A stretch of DNA of 64,000 nt from Candidatus Eiseniibacteriota bacterium (GTDB lineage Bacteria; Joyebacterota; Joyebacteria; Joyebacterales; Joyebacteraceae), in contig JAUXGN010000012.1 of the NCBI GenBank assembly GCA_030622115.1, positions 1,493 to 65,492 of the forward strand, in the 5' to 3' direction. Below, piece after piece: positions 38,867-47,805 of this stretch. The notes under the pieces are model-generated. The model made no database searches, had not been told where the DNA came from, and saw nothing but the letters and a program-made list of their open reading frames with translations. How positions within the stretch are numbered: position 1 is the stretch's first letter; every line of letters begins with the position of its first letter. Made by a program: the position numbers and the translations under genes.

Positions 38867-38994
38867 AACAGGAGTTAGCTTCCACTCCGACCGACTGCCC
38901 TCTTGCGCCTCACTCGTCCCCCCCGGACGAGTGCCGATGAATCACTGTTTGCGCTCAAGAGCAGTAGCAGTCTGAGTAGATGCGAACCCCTGTT
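38867..38994 (-). ncRNA. candidate structured leader RNA / ncRNA (long imperfect rod)
   Basis: Six nested helices identified by eye; two stem mismatches become G.U only on the minus strand; lies downstream of the promoter at 39024-39052. Confidence 0.45.
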
Positions 38995-39023
38995 GCTGAC
39001 GTGCAATTCAGACACCTGTTGGT

Positions 39024-39052
39024 ATGATATCATCCTGCAATTACGATGTCAA
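39024..39052 (-). promoter_or_regulatory. sigma70 promoter about 220 nt upstream of the large C25 gene
   Basis: Minus strand TTGACA (39052-39047), 17 nt, TG-a-TATCAT (39029-39024). Confidence 0.65.
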
Positions 39053-39149
39053 CTCACCCAGCACCGTAATCGATATGACTCTGCGCGGTTAGAGCACCGC
39101 CGAGCAACCCCATGGGCCACCCGGCGCGACTCGATCGCTCACCTATGAG

Positions 39150-39226
39150 TGGTGGAGCCAGGGGGGATCGAACCCCCGACCTCCTGACTGCCAGTCAGGC
39201 GCTCATCCCAACTGAGCTATGGCCCC
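39150..39226 (-). tRNA. tRNA-Ala(GGC)
   Basis: GGGGCCATAGCTCAG...CCTGACT-GGC-AGTCAGG...GGTTCGATCC...TGGCTCCACCA; G3.U70 Ala identity pair; encoded CCA. Confidence 0.97.
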
Positions 39227-39255
39227 ACGCATCTTCCTAAGAACTCAGGAAGAGG

Positions 39256-39283
39256 ATTCTAGCACTCTTGAGCGTCCAGTCAA
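39256..39283 (-). promoter_or_regulatory. promoter of tRNA-Ala
   Basis: Minus strand TTGACT, 16 nt, TGc-TAGAAT. Confidence 0.6.
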
Positions 39284-39303
39284 GCGCAATCTCGCCTGTG
39301 GCT

Positions 39304-39352
39304 TCGAGCCACCGCCGTCCCACAACCATCGAGTCACCGCCGTCCCACAACC
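39304..39352. repeat. 24-bp direct repeat x2 between divergent tRNA promoters
   Basis: TCGAGYCACCGCCGTCCCACAACC at 39304 and 39329. Confidence 0.9.
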
Positions 39353-39391
39353 CCTGATCGGCCGTGAACGGACCCACCTCGACCCGCACGG

Positions 39392-39420
39392 TTGACGCAT
39401 CACGTCAGCGATGCTAGATT
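39392..39420 (+). promoter_or_regulatory. promoter of tRNA-Leu
   Basis: TTGACG, 17 nt, TGc-TAGATT. Confidence 0.65.
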
Positions 39421-39437
39421 CATGCACTGACGTCTCC

Positions 39438-39526
39438 GCCGGAGTGGTGAAATTGGTAGACGCACGGGACTCAAAATCCCGCGGAGCGTTAGCTCCATGC
39501 CGGTTCGATTCCGGCCTCCGGCACCA
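39438..39526 (+). tRNA. tRNA-Leu(CAA)
   Basis: GCCGGAGTGGTGAAATTGGTAGACGC...GGGACT-CAA-AATCCC, long variable arm, GGTTCGATTCC...CTCCGGCACCA. Confidence 0.97.
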
Positions 39527-39532
39527 AATGCA

Positions 39533-39558
39533 CGGGGCTGCCGCATGCGGCAGCCCCG
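39533..39558. terminator. perfect inverted repeat after tRNA-Leu
   Basis: CGGGGCTGCCGCATGCGGCAGCCCCG, between convergent transcripts. Confidence 0.6.
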
Positions 39559-39604
39559 CTCTCACAAACAACCACTGTTCAAACCGGACACGCCCTTCAT
39601 CCGC

Positions 39605-40066
39605 TTATTCGAACATGGATTGCGGATCACCAGGTTCAGTATCCGTCTCATCAAGCACGATCGTCACTACGCATTCGACGTCCTTCATAACCGTCACCGT
39701 GCAGCAGTAGCTCACGTAGCTCTCATTGAGCGATACGTCTGCGTCCTTCATGCGGTTGACGTATACATCGTATGTCTGTGCGAAGGAGTGCGGGTCGCCC
39801 AGATCGACCTCCATCAACTCAAACGTGCCGTCGGCCCCGCTCGTCACTTCGTACGTCACCTCGCGGGCCTCGCTTCCGACCTCGGCCCACATCTGGACCG
39901 TCATCGCCTCGATCGGGCTGCCCATTCGATCATTGATCGTTCCTGTAACCGTACCACTGTTGCCGTCCCACGCCGACTCCGGCCCCACCGTACTGCAGCC
40001 GGTCGCGATCACGACAACGAACGCCGCCAGGGCGAGCGTCCTCAGAGCAAAATGCCCTCTCCTCAT
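39605..40066 (-). CDS. acidic lipoprotein with carboxypeptidase-regulatory/transthyretin-like Ig domain
   Basis: Lipobox ATGC after a hydrophobic stretch; GTVTGTIND..G.PI...TSGADGTF pattern. Confidence 0.7.
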   Translation of the reverse strand: MRRGHFALRTLALAAFVVVIATGCSTVGPESAWDGNSGTVTGTINDRMGSPIEAMTVQMWAEVGSEAREVTYEVTSGADGTFELMEVDLGDPHSFAQTYDVYVNRMKDADVSLNESYVSYCCTVTVMKDVECVVTIVLDETDTEPGDPQSMFE

Positions 40067-40220
40067 CTCTGCTTCCCTCCCAGAGCACGCCGACGCAACC
40101 TGTGTGCGCCTGCGCTCCGTCATTGGCAGCCTGTCTTCAGTGTCAATTCATGAAGGCTGCATCACCCCTCGAACGCAATGTTACAATGCACTCGAATAGC
40201 CTCTCTCGCCCCAGCTAGAT

Positions 40221-40236
40221 TGCATAGATTGTGCCA
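40221..40236 (-). promoter_or_regulatory. candidate sigma54 promoter of lipoprotein gene
   Basis: Minus strand TGGCACAATCTATGCA with GG-N10-GC spacing. Confidence 0.55.
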
Positions 40237-40440
40237 TGCGGCGCGGAGATGAGTCACGTAGGCCGTATCGATTCCTGAGTCGCCGCTCTGTCCAGCCGTT
40301 TCCGCTTGCCACGGCGAGCGGAGAGCCCCTATAGTGACCCCGTTAACACTGACGAGGCTTCAGAGCAACGGTCTGCCTTGCCGATCTCGGTCTGTGGAGA
40401 GCGCGAGCGAAGGGCTGGACCCACAAGAGGAGGGTTTTTC

Positions 40441-40959
40441 GTGAATCTCGTAGACTATCTCAAGAAGGGGTGGGAGGCGGCCCAACTCAAGATGGAGGCC
40501 ATCGAGTCTCTGGCCACAGATGAGAAGGCCTTCGTACCCGCAATTGGCATTCTGGCCATCGGTGGGCTTGCAATGGCAATTGGCACGTTGAACCCGCGTG
40601 GCATCATCCTGTTCCCGATCATCTTCGTCGTAGGGGCTTTCGTTGCCCTGGGCCTCATGCATCTCGCCGCAACGCTCATCTTCGGCGCCAAGGGCGACTT
40701 CAAGTCACTGGTTAATGTGATCGGATGCGCATCAATAATTCGCTGGGTCGCTGTCGTACCCCTCCTCGGCCCTGCTCTCATGGTCCTCTCCGGCCTCTGG
40801 CTCCTGGTGGTTGGTGTTCTGACGGTCGAGAAGGGTTACGAGCTGGATCGCGGCAAGTCTGTCGTAGTGGTGGCCGTTCCGGTGGTCCTGGCTCTGATAC
40901 TTGGCGCTCTGTTTTCCGCCGTCGCCGGGTTCTCACTACTGATGATGAACAGTCGATAG
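40441..40959 (+). CDS. YIP1-family multi-pass membrane protein
   Basis: About 5 TM segments; H..A..IFGAKGDF and LDRGKS patterns; GTG after GAGGAGG. Confidence 0.7.
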   Translation: MNLVDYLKKGWEAAQLKMEAIESLATDEKAFVPAIGILAIGGLAMAIGTLNPRGIILFPIIFVVGAFVALGLMHLAATLIFGAKGDFKSLVNVIGCASIIRWVAVVPLLGPALMVLSGLWLLVVGVLTVEKGYELDRGKSVVVVAVPVVLALILGALFSAVAGFSLLMMNSR

Positions 40960-41143
40960 CCGACTGCGACGTGAGCCCTGGCCCATTCATGCCCCCTTCA
41001 ACCATACCGCCAACACGGTGTCGAAGACGAGTGGAGGGTGGAAATGAGGCCACTCGCGGCCAGAGTGACCTCGACGATGAGAATGTCATGCTGCCTGTCT
41101 GCCTTCGGTCAGCCGGGGACATGAGGGAGCAAGGAGGTTGGAC

Positions 41144-42250
41144 ATGATGGGGCGAACGCGCGCGGCATTGATCCTGTCAGGAGCATTCCTGGCGCTCCTG
41201 CTTCTGCCTGCGATGCTCGTGGCCGGCCAGGTCGACGAGGAAGCCATCATAGTCAAAGTGCGGGCCGACGGCGATGACAACGCGAAAGTCGTAACGATCG
41301 AGTTGACCGGTGACGATTCCGGTTGGCTCGGCGTGGGCATTACGGATCTCGATGAGACGAAGCGCGGGAGCTTGGGAATCGACAAGCAACACGTGGTCGT
41401 CGTCACAGAGATTTACGAAGACAGTCCTGCGAAGGAGGCGGGCATTCAGACGGGCGACGTTATCGTCAGTGTGAGCGGCAATGACGTCAGGAGCACGAAA
41501 CAGCTCGTCGAGATCATCGCGGGTATGGATCCCTACACCAAGATCGAGATCGAACTCCTGAGAGACGGGAAGAAGACGATCAAGAACGTCGTCCTCGGTG
41601 TTCGTCCTCACCGCTTCGTATTCGGAGATGATGAGAATGAGCAGTTCTTCCTCAATCTGGAAGGACTCGGGGCTCTCACGCAGCTCGGCATGGGAGGACT
41701 TGAGGCTCTCGGAACGCTCGAGCGGGCGTTTTTCCCGAGAGTGGACATCGGCATGGGATGGGCGGGTAAGGGCAGGCTGGGAGTCTACGTTGACAACCTG
41801 AGCGACGGACTGGCTGAGTACTTCGAGATCAGTGATGGAAGAGGAGTTCTTGTCGAGGAGATCGTCCAGGGTGGTCCAGCTGCGATTGGCGGCATCAGAG
41901 CCGGTGACGTCATCATCATGATCGGAGACACCAGGGTTTCGGACACTGACGAGCTGATCGACGCAATCAGTGATATGACGGCTGACGTTCCGACACCCAT
42001 CGTCATAGTCCGCAAGGGATCCGAGATGACTCTCGAGGTCACCGTAGCTGAGTCCGACTCTGACGAGCACGCCGCAACAATCAAGCGAATTCAGATCAGT
42101 GGCGACGAGGAAACCTGGATTCCCCCAGAGGAACTCGAGGCGCTTCGTGACGCCAAGAAGGAGATGCTGCAGGAGAAGATAGAGGCTCTTCGTGAGGCCC
42201 TGGAGGAACTCAAGGAGGACATGGAGGAACTCAAGGCCGATAACCAGTAG
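41144..42250 (+). CDS. exported tandem-PDZ protein with C-terminal coiled coil
   Basis: Signal peptide; PDZ1 (GWLGV...SPAKEAGIQTGDVI) and PDZ2 (GRLGV...GPAAIGGIRAGDVI); no trypsin domain. Confidence 0.85.
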   Translation: MMGRTRAALILSGAFLALLLLPAMLVAGQVDEEAIIVKVRADGDDNAKVVTIELTGDDSGWLGVGITDLDETKRGSLGIDKQHVVVVTEIYEDSPAKEAGIQTGDVIVSVSGNDVRSTKQLVEIIAGMDPYTKIEIELLRDGKKTIKNVVLGVRPHRFVFGDDENEQFFLNLEGLGALTQLGMGGLEALGTLERAFFPRVDIGMGWAGKGRLGVYVDNLSDGLAEYFEISDGRGVLVEEIVQGGPAAIGGIRAGDVIIMIGDTRVSDTDELIDAISDMTADVPTPIVIVRKGSEMTLEVTVAESDSDEHAATIKRIQISGDEETWIPPEELEALRDAKKEMLQEKIEALREALEELKEDMEELKADNQ

Positions 42251-42389
42251 TGCGGCCGGAGCGAACCATTCGCTCTGTCCCCCCCCGACCCCCCGTCTCC
42301 AGCACAGGCGGGGGGTTCCCTTATCACGAACGACTTGAGCCCTGTGATTAAGGGTCATGCGTCCTGAGGATCATCCACGTGCCGGACAC

Positions 42390-43619
42390 CTACGCGGGGT
42401 CTGTCTCTCTTCGGTGGACCTCGCGGATGGCGGCCTCTTCCACCCCCGTCAGGTCCACGCCGCGGCGCGCCATGACAAGGCGGGCGGTCGCAATCGCGCG
42501 CTCTATGTCGTGTTCTACGAAGCCGTCCCCGCTCCCCCATGAGAAGGAGGGGATGGACTTCGGCGCGAAGCCGTTGCTCACTATGTTGCAGAAGACGCCT
42601 ATCACAGTACCGGTGTTCAGTTTCGTCCCGATGGCGGTCTTGGTGTGGTCGCCTATCGTCGCACCGACAAAGGTGTCTCCCGTATCGATGATCTCACCAT
42701 TCAGCTCGACGCGAACAGCGCCGTAGTTGTTCTTGAGGTCACTGTTATCCGTCGCGGCGCCGATATTGACCCAGCTTCCGAGGTAGGCGTGTCCGAGAAA
42801 TCCTTCGTGCTGCTTGTTCGTAAACGAGTGAAGCACTGATCCTTCCACTTCACCTCCCACCTTGCATGACCTGCCGATCGACGTACCCGGATAGATCTTG
42901 GCGCCCACCTTTATGCACGACCCGGCGCCCACGAACGCGGGTCCCAGTACCACGGCGTTGGCCATCACGTCGACATTCGCGTCCACGACCACGGAACCGG
43001 AACTCGCGTCGATCACGACTCCCGGGCCGAGTGTGCTTCCCTCTCCTATCGAGATCCTAGTCGGCTCCACAAGCTGCGCTGAAGGATGAACCTCTCCCTC
43101 GACGATCCCCGGGCGTCTCAGGACAGCGGCATCAGCCTCTATCTCCTCAGCCGTCAATCGCACGAGTTCCCACGGATAGCGGACCGTGCGAGCCGGTATC
43201 TCGCGAGTCAACGGTATCTCAAGCACACCCAGGTCTCCGTTCGCATCACGCACCGAGCGCACTCTCTCAACAGCTCCTCCGTGGAGGAGCGCTCCGACGG
43301 GCTCGCCGCCGGATGTCAGAAGAACATCACCCGACTCGGCGTCGATGGCCGCCAGGAGTCCGTCGGTAACAATCACACGAGCAGACAGAAGCAGCACGTC
43401 CGAGTCCTGCACGCTGTCAATGCCTCGACCTGGATAGAGCTCCGACACCAGCGCACGGAGCTCCCGGCGCGGAAGCAGACTTACCGCCCAACCAGGTCTC
43501 CTGACTTCCAGCTTCTCCCTCAAGAGCAGCAAACCGCATCTCAGATCAAAGACCGGACGTAGAAGCGTAAGCGGACCAAACCACTTGGCGCCGGCATCTT
43601 CATAGAGAACAACCTGCAA
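42390..43619 (-). CDS. GlmU-like putative sugar nucleotidyltransferase/acetyltransferase (left-handed beta-helix)
   Basis: PLTLLRPVFDLRCG N-terminus; hexapeptide repeats; KVGGEV..S...NKQHEGFLGH..SDLKNNY. Confidence 0.8.
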   Translation of the reverse strand: MQVVLYEDAGAKWFGPLTLLRPVFDLRCGLLLLREKLEVRRPGWAVSLLPRRELRALVSELYPGRGIDSVQDSDVLLLSARVIVTDGLLAAIDAESGDVLLTSGGEPVGALLHGGAVERVRSVRDANGDLGVLEIPLTREIPARTVRYPWELVRLTAEEIEADAAVLRRPGIVEGEVHPSAQLVEPTRISIGEGSTLGPGVVIDASSGSVVVDANVDVMANAVVLGPAFVGAGSCIKVGAKIYPGTSIGRSCKVGGEVEGSVLHSFTNKQHEGFLGHAYLGSWVNIGAATDNSDLKNNYGAVRVELNGEIIDTGDTFVGATIGDHTKTAIGTKLNTGTVIGVFCNIVSNGFAPKSIPSFSWGSGDGFVEHDIERAIATARLVMARRGVDLTGVEEAAIREVHRRETDPA

Positions 43620-43675
43620 TCTGGTACCTCCTCACTGCTAACGGCGCACCGTGACCGGGCGTGGGCCTGCGAGGC

Positions 43676-44608
43676 CTACGCTCCTTCCCTCAGTTCATCG
43701 AGAAGCTTCAGATAGCTATCGTAGCGCGCGGCGTTCAGTGCACCGGTCTCCACGGCCTCCTTGACGGCACAATCGGGTTCGTGCGAATGGCTGCATCCTC
43801 TGAAGCGACATCTCGCGATGTACTCACGGAACTCCGGAAAGAAATAGTCCAGTTCGCTCGGCCGTATCCTCCAGAAGCCGAGTTCGCGGAAGCCTGGAGT
43901 ATCAGCTACGAGCGTTCCGTCCCCGACACGGAAGACGGTAACGTTGGTCGTCGCGTGCTTGCCCTTTCCACTCTTCCTGCTTACTTCCTTCACTCTGAGA
44001 CCAAGCCCGGGTCTGATGATGTTCAGCAGCGAGCTTTTCCCGGCTCCGCTCGGACCCGCAAGAACGGAGAACGTGCCTGCAAGCACCGATGCGAGCCTGT
44101 CAACGTTCGTGCCGTTCGTGGCGGATGTGGGAATCACCTCATAACCCGCGTTCTCATAGGCCGCGGCAGCAGGACGCCACTCCTTCTCGGGGACGAGGTC
44201 TGTCTTGTTGAACACAACGACCGAATGCAGTTCCGCCACCTCCGAGATGATCAGGAACCGATCCAGCAAGCGCCTGTTGAGACTCGGAGCCCCAAGGGAT
44301 GCGACGGTCACTAGTTGCCTCACGTTCGAGATGATGATCTGCTCGGCCGGCTTGCGTCTCCCGGGAAGCAGCCTGGAGAGGACGGTCTCTCTCGGAAGCG
44401 CGCGTTCGATGACGCCCGAGCCGTCTCTCAGGAGGCTGAGTTCGACCAAGTCCCCCGGAACCACGGGCTTCGTCCCACCGGGAAGCTTGGAGAACTGCCT
44501 TCCCCGAATGCGGCAGCGGATGATGTCACCGCCGCTCAGGGCGACCTCCCACTCGTCATGGAAGCAGGCGAGCACTCTGCCGGTCACTGTTGAGGACGCC
44601 TCGCTCAC
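43676..44608 (-). CDS. rsgA: ribosome small subunit-dependent GTPase A
   Basis: Circularly permuted G motifs NKTD, GPSGAGKSS, DTPG; zinc finger CRFRGCSHSHEPDC. Confidence 0.95.
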   Translation of the reverse strand: MSEASSTVTGRVLACFHDEWEVALSGGDIIRCRIRGRQFSKLPGGTKPVVPGDLVELSLLRDGSGVIERALPRETVLSRLLPGRRKPAEQIIISNVRQLVTVASLGAPSLNRRLLDRFLIISEVAELHSVVVFNKTDLVPEKEWRPAAAAYENAGYEVIPTSATNGTNVDRLASVLAGTFSVLAGPSGAGKSSLLNIIRPGLGLRVKEVSRKSGKGKHATTNVTVFRVGDGTLVADTPGFRELGFWRIRPSELDYFFPEFREYIARCRFRGCSHSHEPDCAVKEAVETGALNAARYDSYLKLLDELREGA

Positions 44609-47600
44609 GTTCTCTCCAATTCATCCGCGTCGGACGATAGCGCCGCGCCCCGCTTGAGCCGGCCCAGCTCTTCCGCCACGTGGGGCGTGAGTTCGGGGTG
44701 CTTACCACCCGGGACATGGAGCTTGCCGAAGCGCGCACGGATATCATCCACGATCGAGTAGAGAGCCGGAATCACAAAGAGCGTCAGAACCGTCGCAAAA
44801 GCCAGACCCCACGCGATCGAGGAGGCCATCGGCCCCCAACTCTCAGACGAGCCGCCCCAACCCATCGCCAGAGGCAGAATCCCGAAGATGGTCGTGATCG
44901 AGGTCAGAAGGATCGGGCGCAGCCTCGTGCACCCCGCCCTCACAACCGACTCCCATCGATCGACGCCCTTCAGACGCGAATTCTTGATGAAGTCCACGAG
45001 GACGATCGAGTCGTTGACGACGACTCCTGCCAGTGCGACAACGGCGATCCCGGCCGTCAGCGTTAGCGGGAAGCGCATGACCAGAAGACCGATGACGACA
45101 CCGATGAACGCGAAGGGGACCGTGAACATGATGACAAGCGGCTGGATGAACGATTGGAACTCGGTACCCAGGATCGCGTAGATGAGGAGAATCGCAACAA
45201 GGAACGCCAGGAACAACGACGCGAATGACTCCTGCGTCGCCTGGAACTCGCCTCCGAAGTCCAGTCGATAGCCCGGGTACACGGCAGAGATGTCAGAGAA
45301 CTCCTGCTGCAGAAATCGGTTGACCTCGGTCGAGGTCGTGCTCTCATCCACGTCGGCCGTCACAGTGACGACGCGTTCCCCGTTTCGCCGATGCAGTTCC
45401 GCCTGAGCCTCGTCGATCGTGAGCTGAGCAACGTTGCTGAGTGGTATGGCAACTCCCAAGTTGGTCGCGATCGGAAGCCGCTTCAGGTCATCTATGTCAA
45501 TCCGATCCCGCTCCCTGAGCCGGACAACCACATCGATCTCATCTCCACCACCACCCCTGAATTTCGTCGCCTCCACACCCTCGAATCCGGTTCGGAGCGC
45601 TGAGGCAATACTCGTAACCGTCAGCCCGTAGAGCGATGCGCGCTCCTGATCCACTGTGACCCTGAGTTCGGACTTCCCCAGCTTGGCGTTGTCATCTATG
45701 TCGACGACACCAGGAAACCCCGTGAGCTTGGCCCTGATCTGTCCTGCAATCACCTTGAGGATCTCGAGATCGTCGCCCTTGATGCGAACCTCGACCGGCA
45801 TGCCGGACGGCGGACCTTGCACTGGTCTCGACAGCGAAAGCCACGTGAGACCGGGAATCTCCGACATCTCCTCCCTGAGAGCATCCATGATCTCAGTGTC
45901 CGAGCGCCGGCGCGAGTCCGAGTCAACGAGATCGATATTGATCTGCATATTGTTGGACGCCAGCTCCCCTCGGTAGTTCACGATCATGAAACCAACACGC
46001 GTGACGACTGCCTCAAGTTCGTCAGGAGGAAGCGATGCGGTTATCTCCTCCAGCCTCTTGGCGGCTATGTCGGTCTCCTCGAGCCGCATCCCCACCTTCA
46101 TCTGAGCTCTGACCTCAATCTGGTTGAGGTCCTCGTCCTCAAAGAGCCTGACATCGAGTGTGGTCGCGAGCCCGATTGCTATGACGGCCAGCACGATGAT
46201 GGCGAGAACGGCACGGTAGCGCCTGCGGAGTACGCGTCTCAGTGCAACCTCGTATCTCCGCGTAAGCGTCAGAAACACCGGGTGGTACGTGTTCTGCTTG
46301 CGGGAGACACGACTGAAGTCTGCCATGTGCGATGGCAGAATGAACAGAGCCTCGATCAGTGAAACGAGAAGCGCGAACGTGACGGTCTTTGGAATCACCG
46401 CCATGAACTTGCCCCAGGTCCCGCTCATGAGCAGAAGCGGGAGAAACGCTGCGACCGTGGTCAGAACAGCGGCCGTAACCGGAGCCTGCACTTCCTGAAC
46501 CCCGATGATGGCCGCTTCTCGTGGTGGTTTGCCCATCTCCATGTGACGATAGATATTCTCGATCACGATGATGGCATCGTCCACGAGCATCCCTAGAACA
46601 AGCACAAGAGAGAAAAGCGAGAGCGTGTTGATGGTCATGCCGACCGCGTTCATTAGAATGAACGCACCGAAGAAGCTGAAGGGGATGCCGATACACGCGA
46701 GGAGAGCGTTGCGGGCTCCGATAAAGATGAAGAGCGTCAGGGCCACAAGCAGGATACCGAACGCCCCGTTTCGCTTGAGAACTGCAAGGGAGTCTTCAAC
46801 TACGATCGACGCATCGTTTCTGATCTCGAAGCTCACGTTCTCCGTGACTCTACAATCGAACTCCGCCACGAGATCACGCGCCTTTGCAGCAACCTTGACT
46901 ACGCTACCGTCGTCCTCCTTCATCACCCAGAGGGTGACGCTCCGCTCGCCGTTGAGTCGGGCCAGCGTGAGGTTGTCGGCAAGAGTGTCACGCACTGCGC
47001 CGAGATCGCGAATCCGTATCTGACGACCGAACGGATCAGAGAGCACGACGTGCTCGGCAATGTCCTCAAGCGACTCGAACTCCCCTATCGCGCGGACGAT
47101 GTATTCGGAATCACCGGCATCGAGCGTCCCACCGGGGACATTCAGATTCCGGGCCGCCAGCGAGGCGACAACGCTGCCGATGGGCACACCGTACGCCTTC
47201 AGTCGCGCGGCGTCGAGTTCGATGCGTATCTCACGCTCGCGTTCTCCAAGTACATCGACGTCGGCGATGTACTTGAGATCCAGCAGCTCCTCACGGAGAT
47301 CCTCGGCGATCTCCCGAAGCAGGGTCTCGCTCTCCGGTCCGCCCAGACTTATCGACATGATGGGTGCGACCTCACCCATCTTGACGGGAATGACAACAGG
47401 ATCCCGGGCATCATCGGGCAGTCGAGCATCGGCGGCGGACACCGCCGACCTGAGGTCGAGAATCCGCTTGTCGAAGTCGTCATCCGAAAGCCCCGGCTTG
47501 AATAAGACGTTGATCACGCAACGGCTCTCGCTGGAGATGGAGACCACGTGGTCCACATCCTCCACGTTCTCTATCTCCTCCTCAAGCGGCTTGGTGACGA

Positions 47601-47784
47601 GAGTCTCCATCTCCTGAGGCGCGACCCCGGGATAGGCGACCCAGACAACCGCCTCATCCATGCTGACATTCGGTATGAGTTCCGCAGGCATGCTGAAGAA
47701 CGTGAACAACCCTACCAGGAGAACCCCGATCATCACGAGGTTCACCAGCACAGGCTGCCTTACGGAGAACTCCCCCAGCGTCAT
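44605..47784 (-). CDS. RND efflux permease (AcrB/AcrD/AcrF family)
   Basis: 12-TM layout; GMLVDDAIIVIEN, GVVVNDSIVLVD, RLRPILLTS. Confidence 0.95.
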   Translation of the reverse strand: MTLGEFSVRQPVLVNLVMIGVLLVGLFTFFSMPAELIPNVSMDEAVVWVAYPGVAPQEMETLVTKPLEEEIENVEDVDHVVSISSESRCVINVLFKPGLSDDDFDKRILDLRSAVSAADARLPDDARDPVVIPVKMGEVAPIMSISLGGPESETLLREIAEDLREELLDLKYIADVDVLGEREREIRIELDAARLKAYGVPIGSVVASLAARNLNVPGGTLDAGDSEYIVRAIGEFESLEDIAEHVVLSDPFGRQIRIRDLGAVRDTLADNLTLARLNGERSVTLWVMKEDDGSVVKVAAKARDLVAEFDCRVTENVSFEIRNDASIVVEDSLAVLKRNGAFGILLVALTLFIFIGARNALLACIGIPFSFFGAFILMNAVGMTINTLSLFSLVLVLGMLVDDAIIVIENIYRHMEMGKPPREAAIIGVQEVQAPVTAAVLTTVAAFLPLLLMSGTWGKFMAVIPKTVTFALLVSLIEALFILPSHMADFSRVSRKQNTYHPVFLTLTRRYEVALRRVLRRRYRAVLAIIVLAVIAIGLATTLDVRLFEDEDLNQIEVRAQMKVGMRLEETDIAAKRLEEITASLPPDELEAVVTRVGFMIVNYRGELASNNMQINIDLVDSDSRRRSDTEIMDALREEMSEIPGLTWLSLSRPVQGPPSGMPVEVRIKGDDLEILKVIAGQIRAKLTGFPGVVDIDDNAKLGKSELRVTVDQERASLYGLTVTSIASALRTGFEGVEATKFRGGGGDEIDVVVRLRERDRIDIDDLKRLPIATNLGVAIPLSNVAQLTIDEAQAELHRRNGERVVTVTADVDESTTSTEVNRFLQQEFSDISAVYPGYRLDFGGEFQATQESFASLFLAFLVAILLIYAILGTEFQSFIQPLVIMFTVPFAFIGVVIGLLVMRFPLTLTAGIAVVALAGVVVNDSIVLVDFIKNSRLKGVDRWESVVRAGCTRLRPILLTSITTIFGILPLAMGWGGSSESWGPMASSIAWGLAFATVLTLFVIPALYSIVDDIRARFGKLHVPGGKHPELTPHVAEELGRLKRGAALSSDADELERT

Positions 47785-47805
47785 CTCAGATTTCCCCCGA
47801 CCGAT

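Noticed and set aside
38895-38960. c-di-GMP-I riboswitch (GCAAAC...hairpin...GGCGCAAG resemblance)
   Set aside because: No GNRA tetraloop or receptor and the spacing does not fit; kept only as an unassigned structured RNA.
34070-39226. Giant C25 gene as a genomic island integrated at tRNA-Ala
   Set aside because: No integrase, no duplicated tRNA 3' end seen near 33900-34070, and composition looks like the flanks.
1328-39352. Short repeats (1328, 9776, 33907, 39304) as possible CRISPR arrays
   Set aside because: Only 2-4 copies, no unique spacers of CRISPR length, and no cas genes.
41177-42358. 393-aa minus-strand ORF over the PDZ gene (likewise 8407-9333, 9803-10741, 25670-26770, 33917-35020)
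   Set aside because: Antisense shadows of well-supported genes, with no domain signatures.
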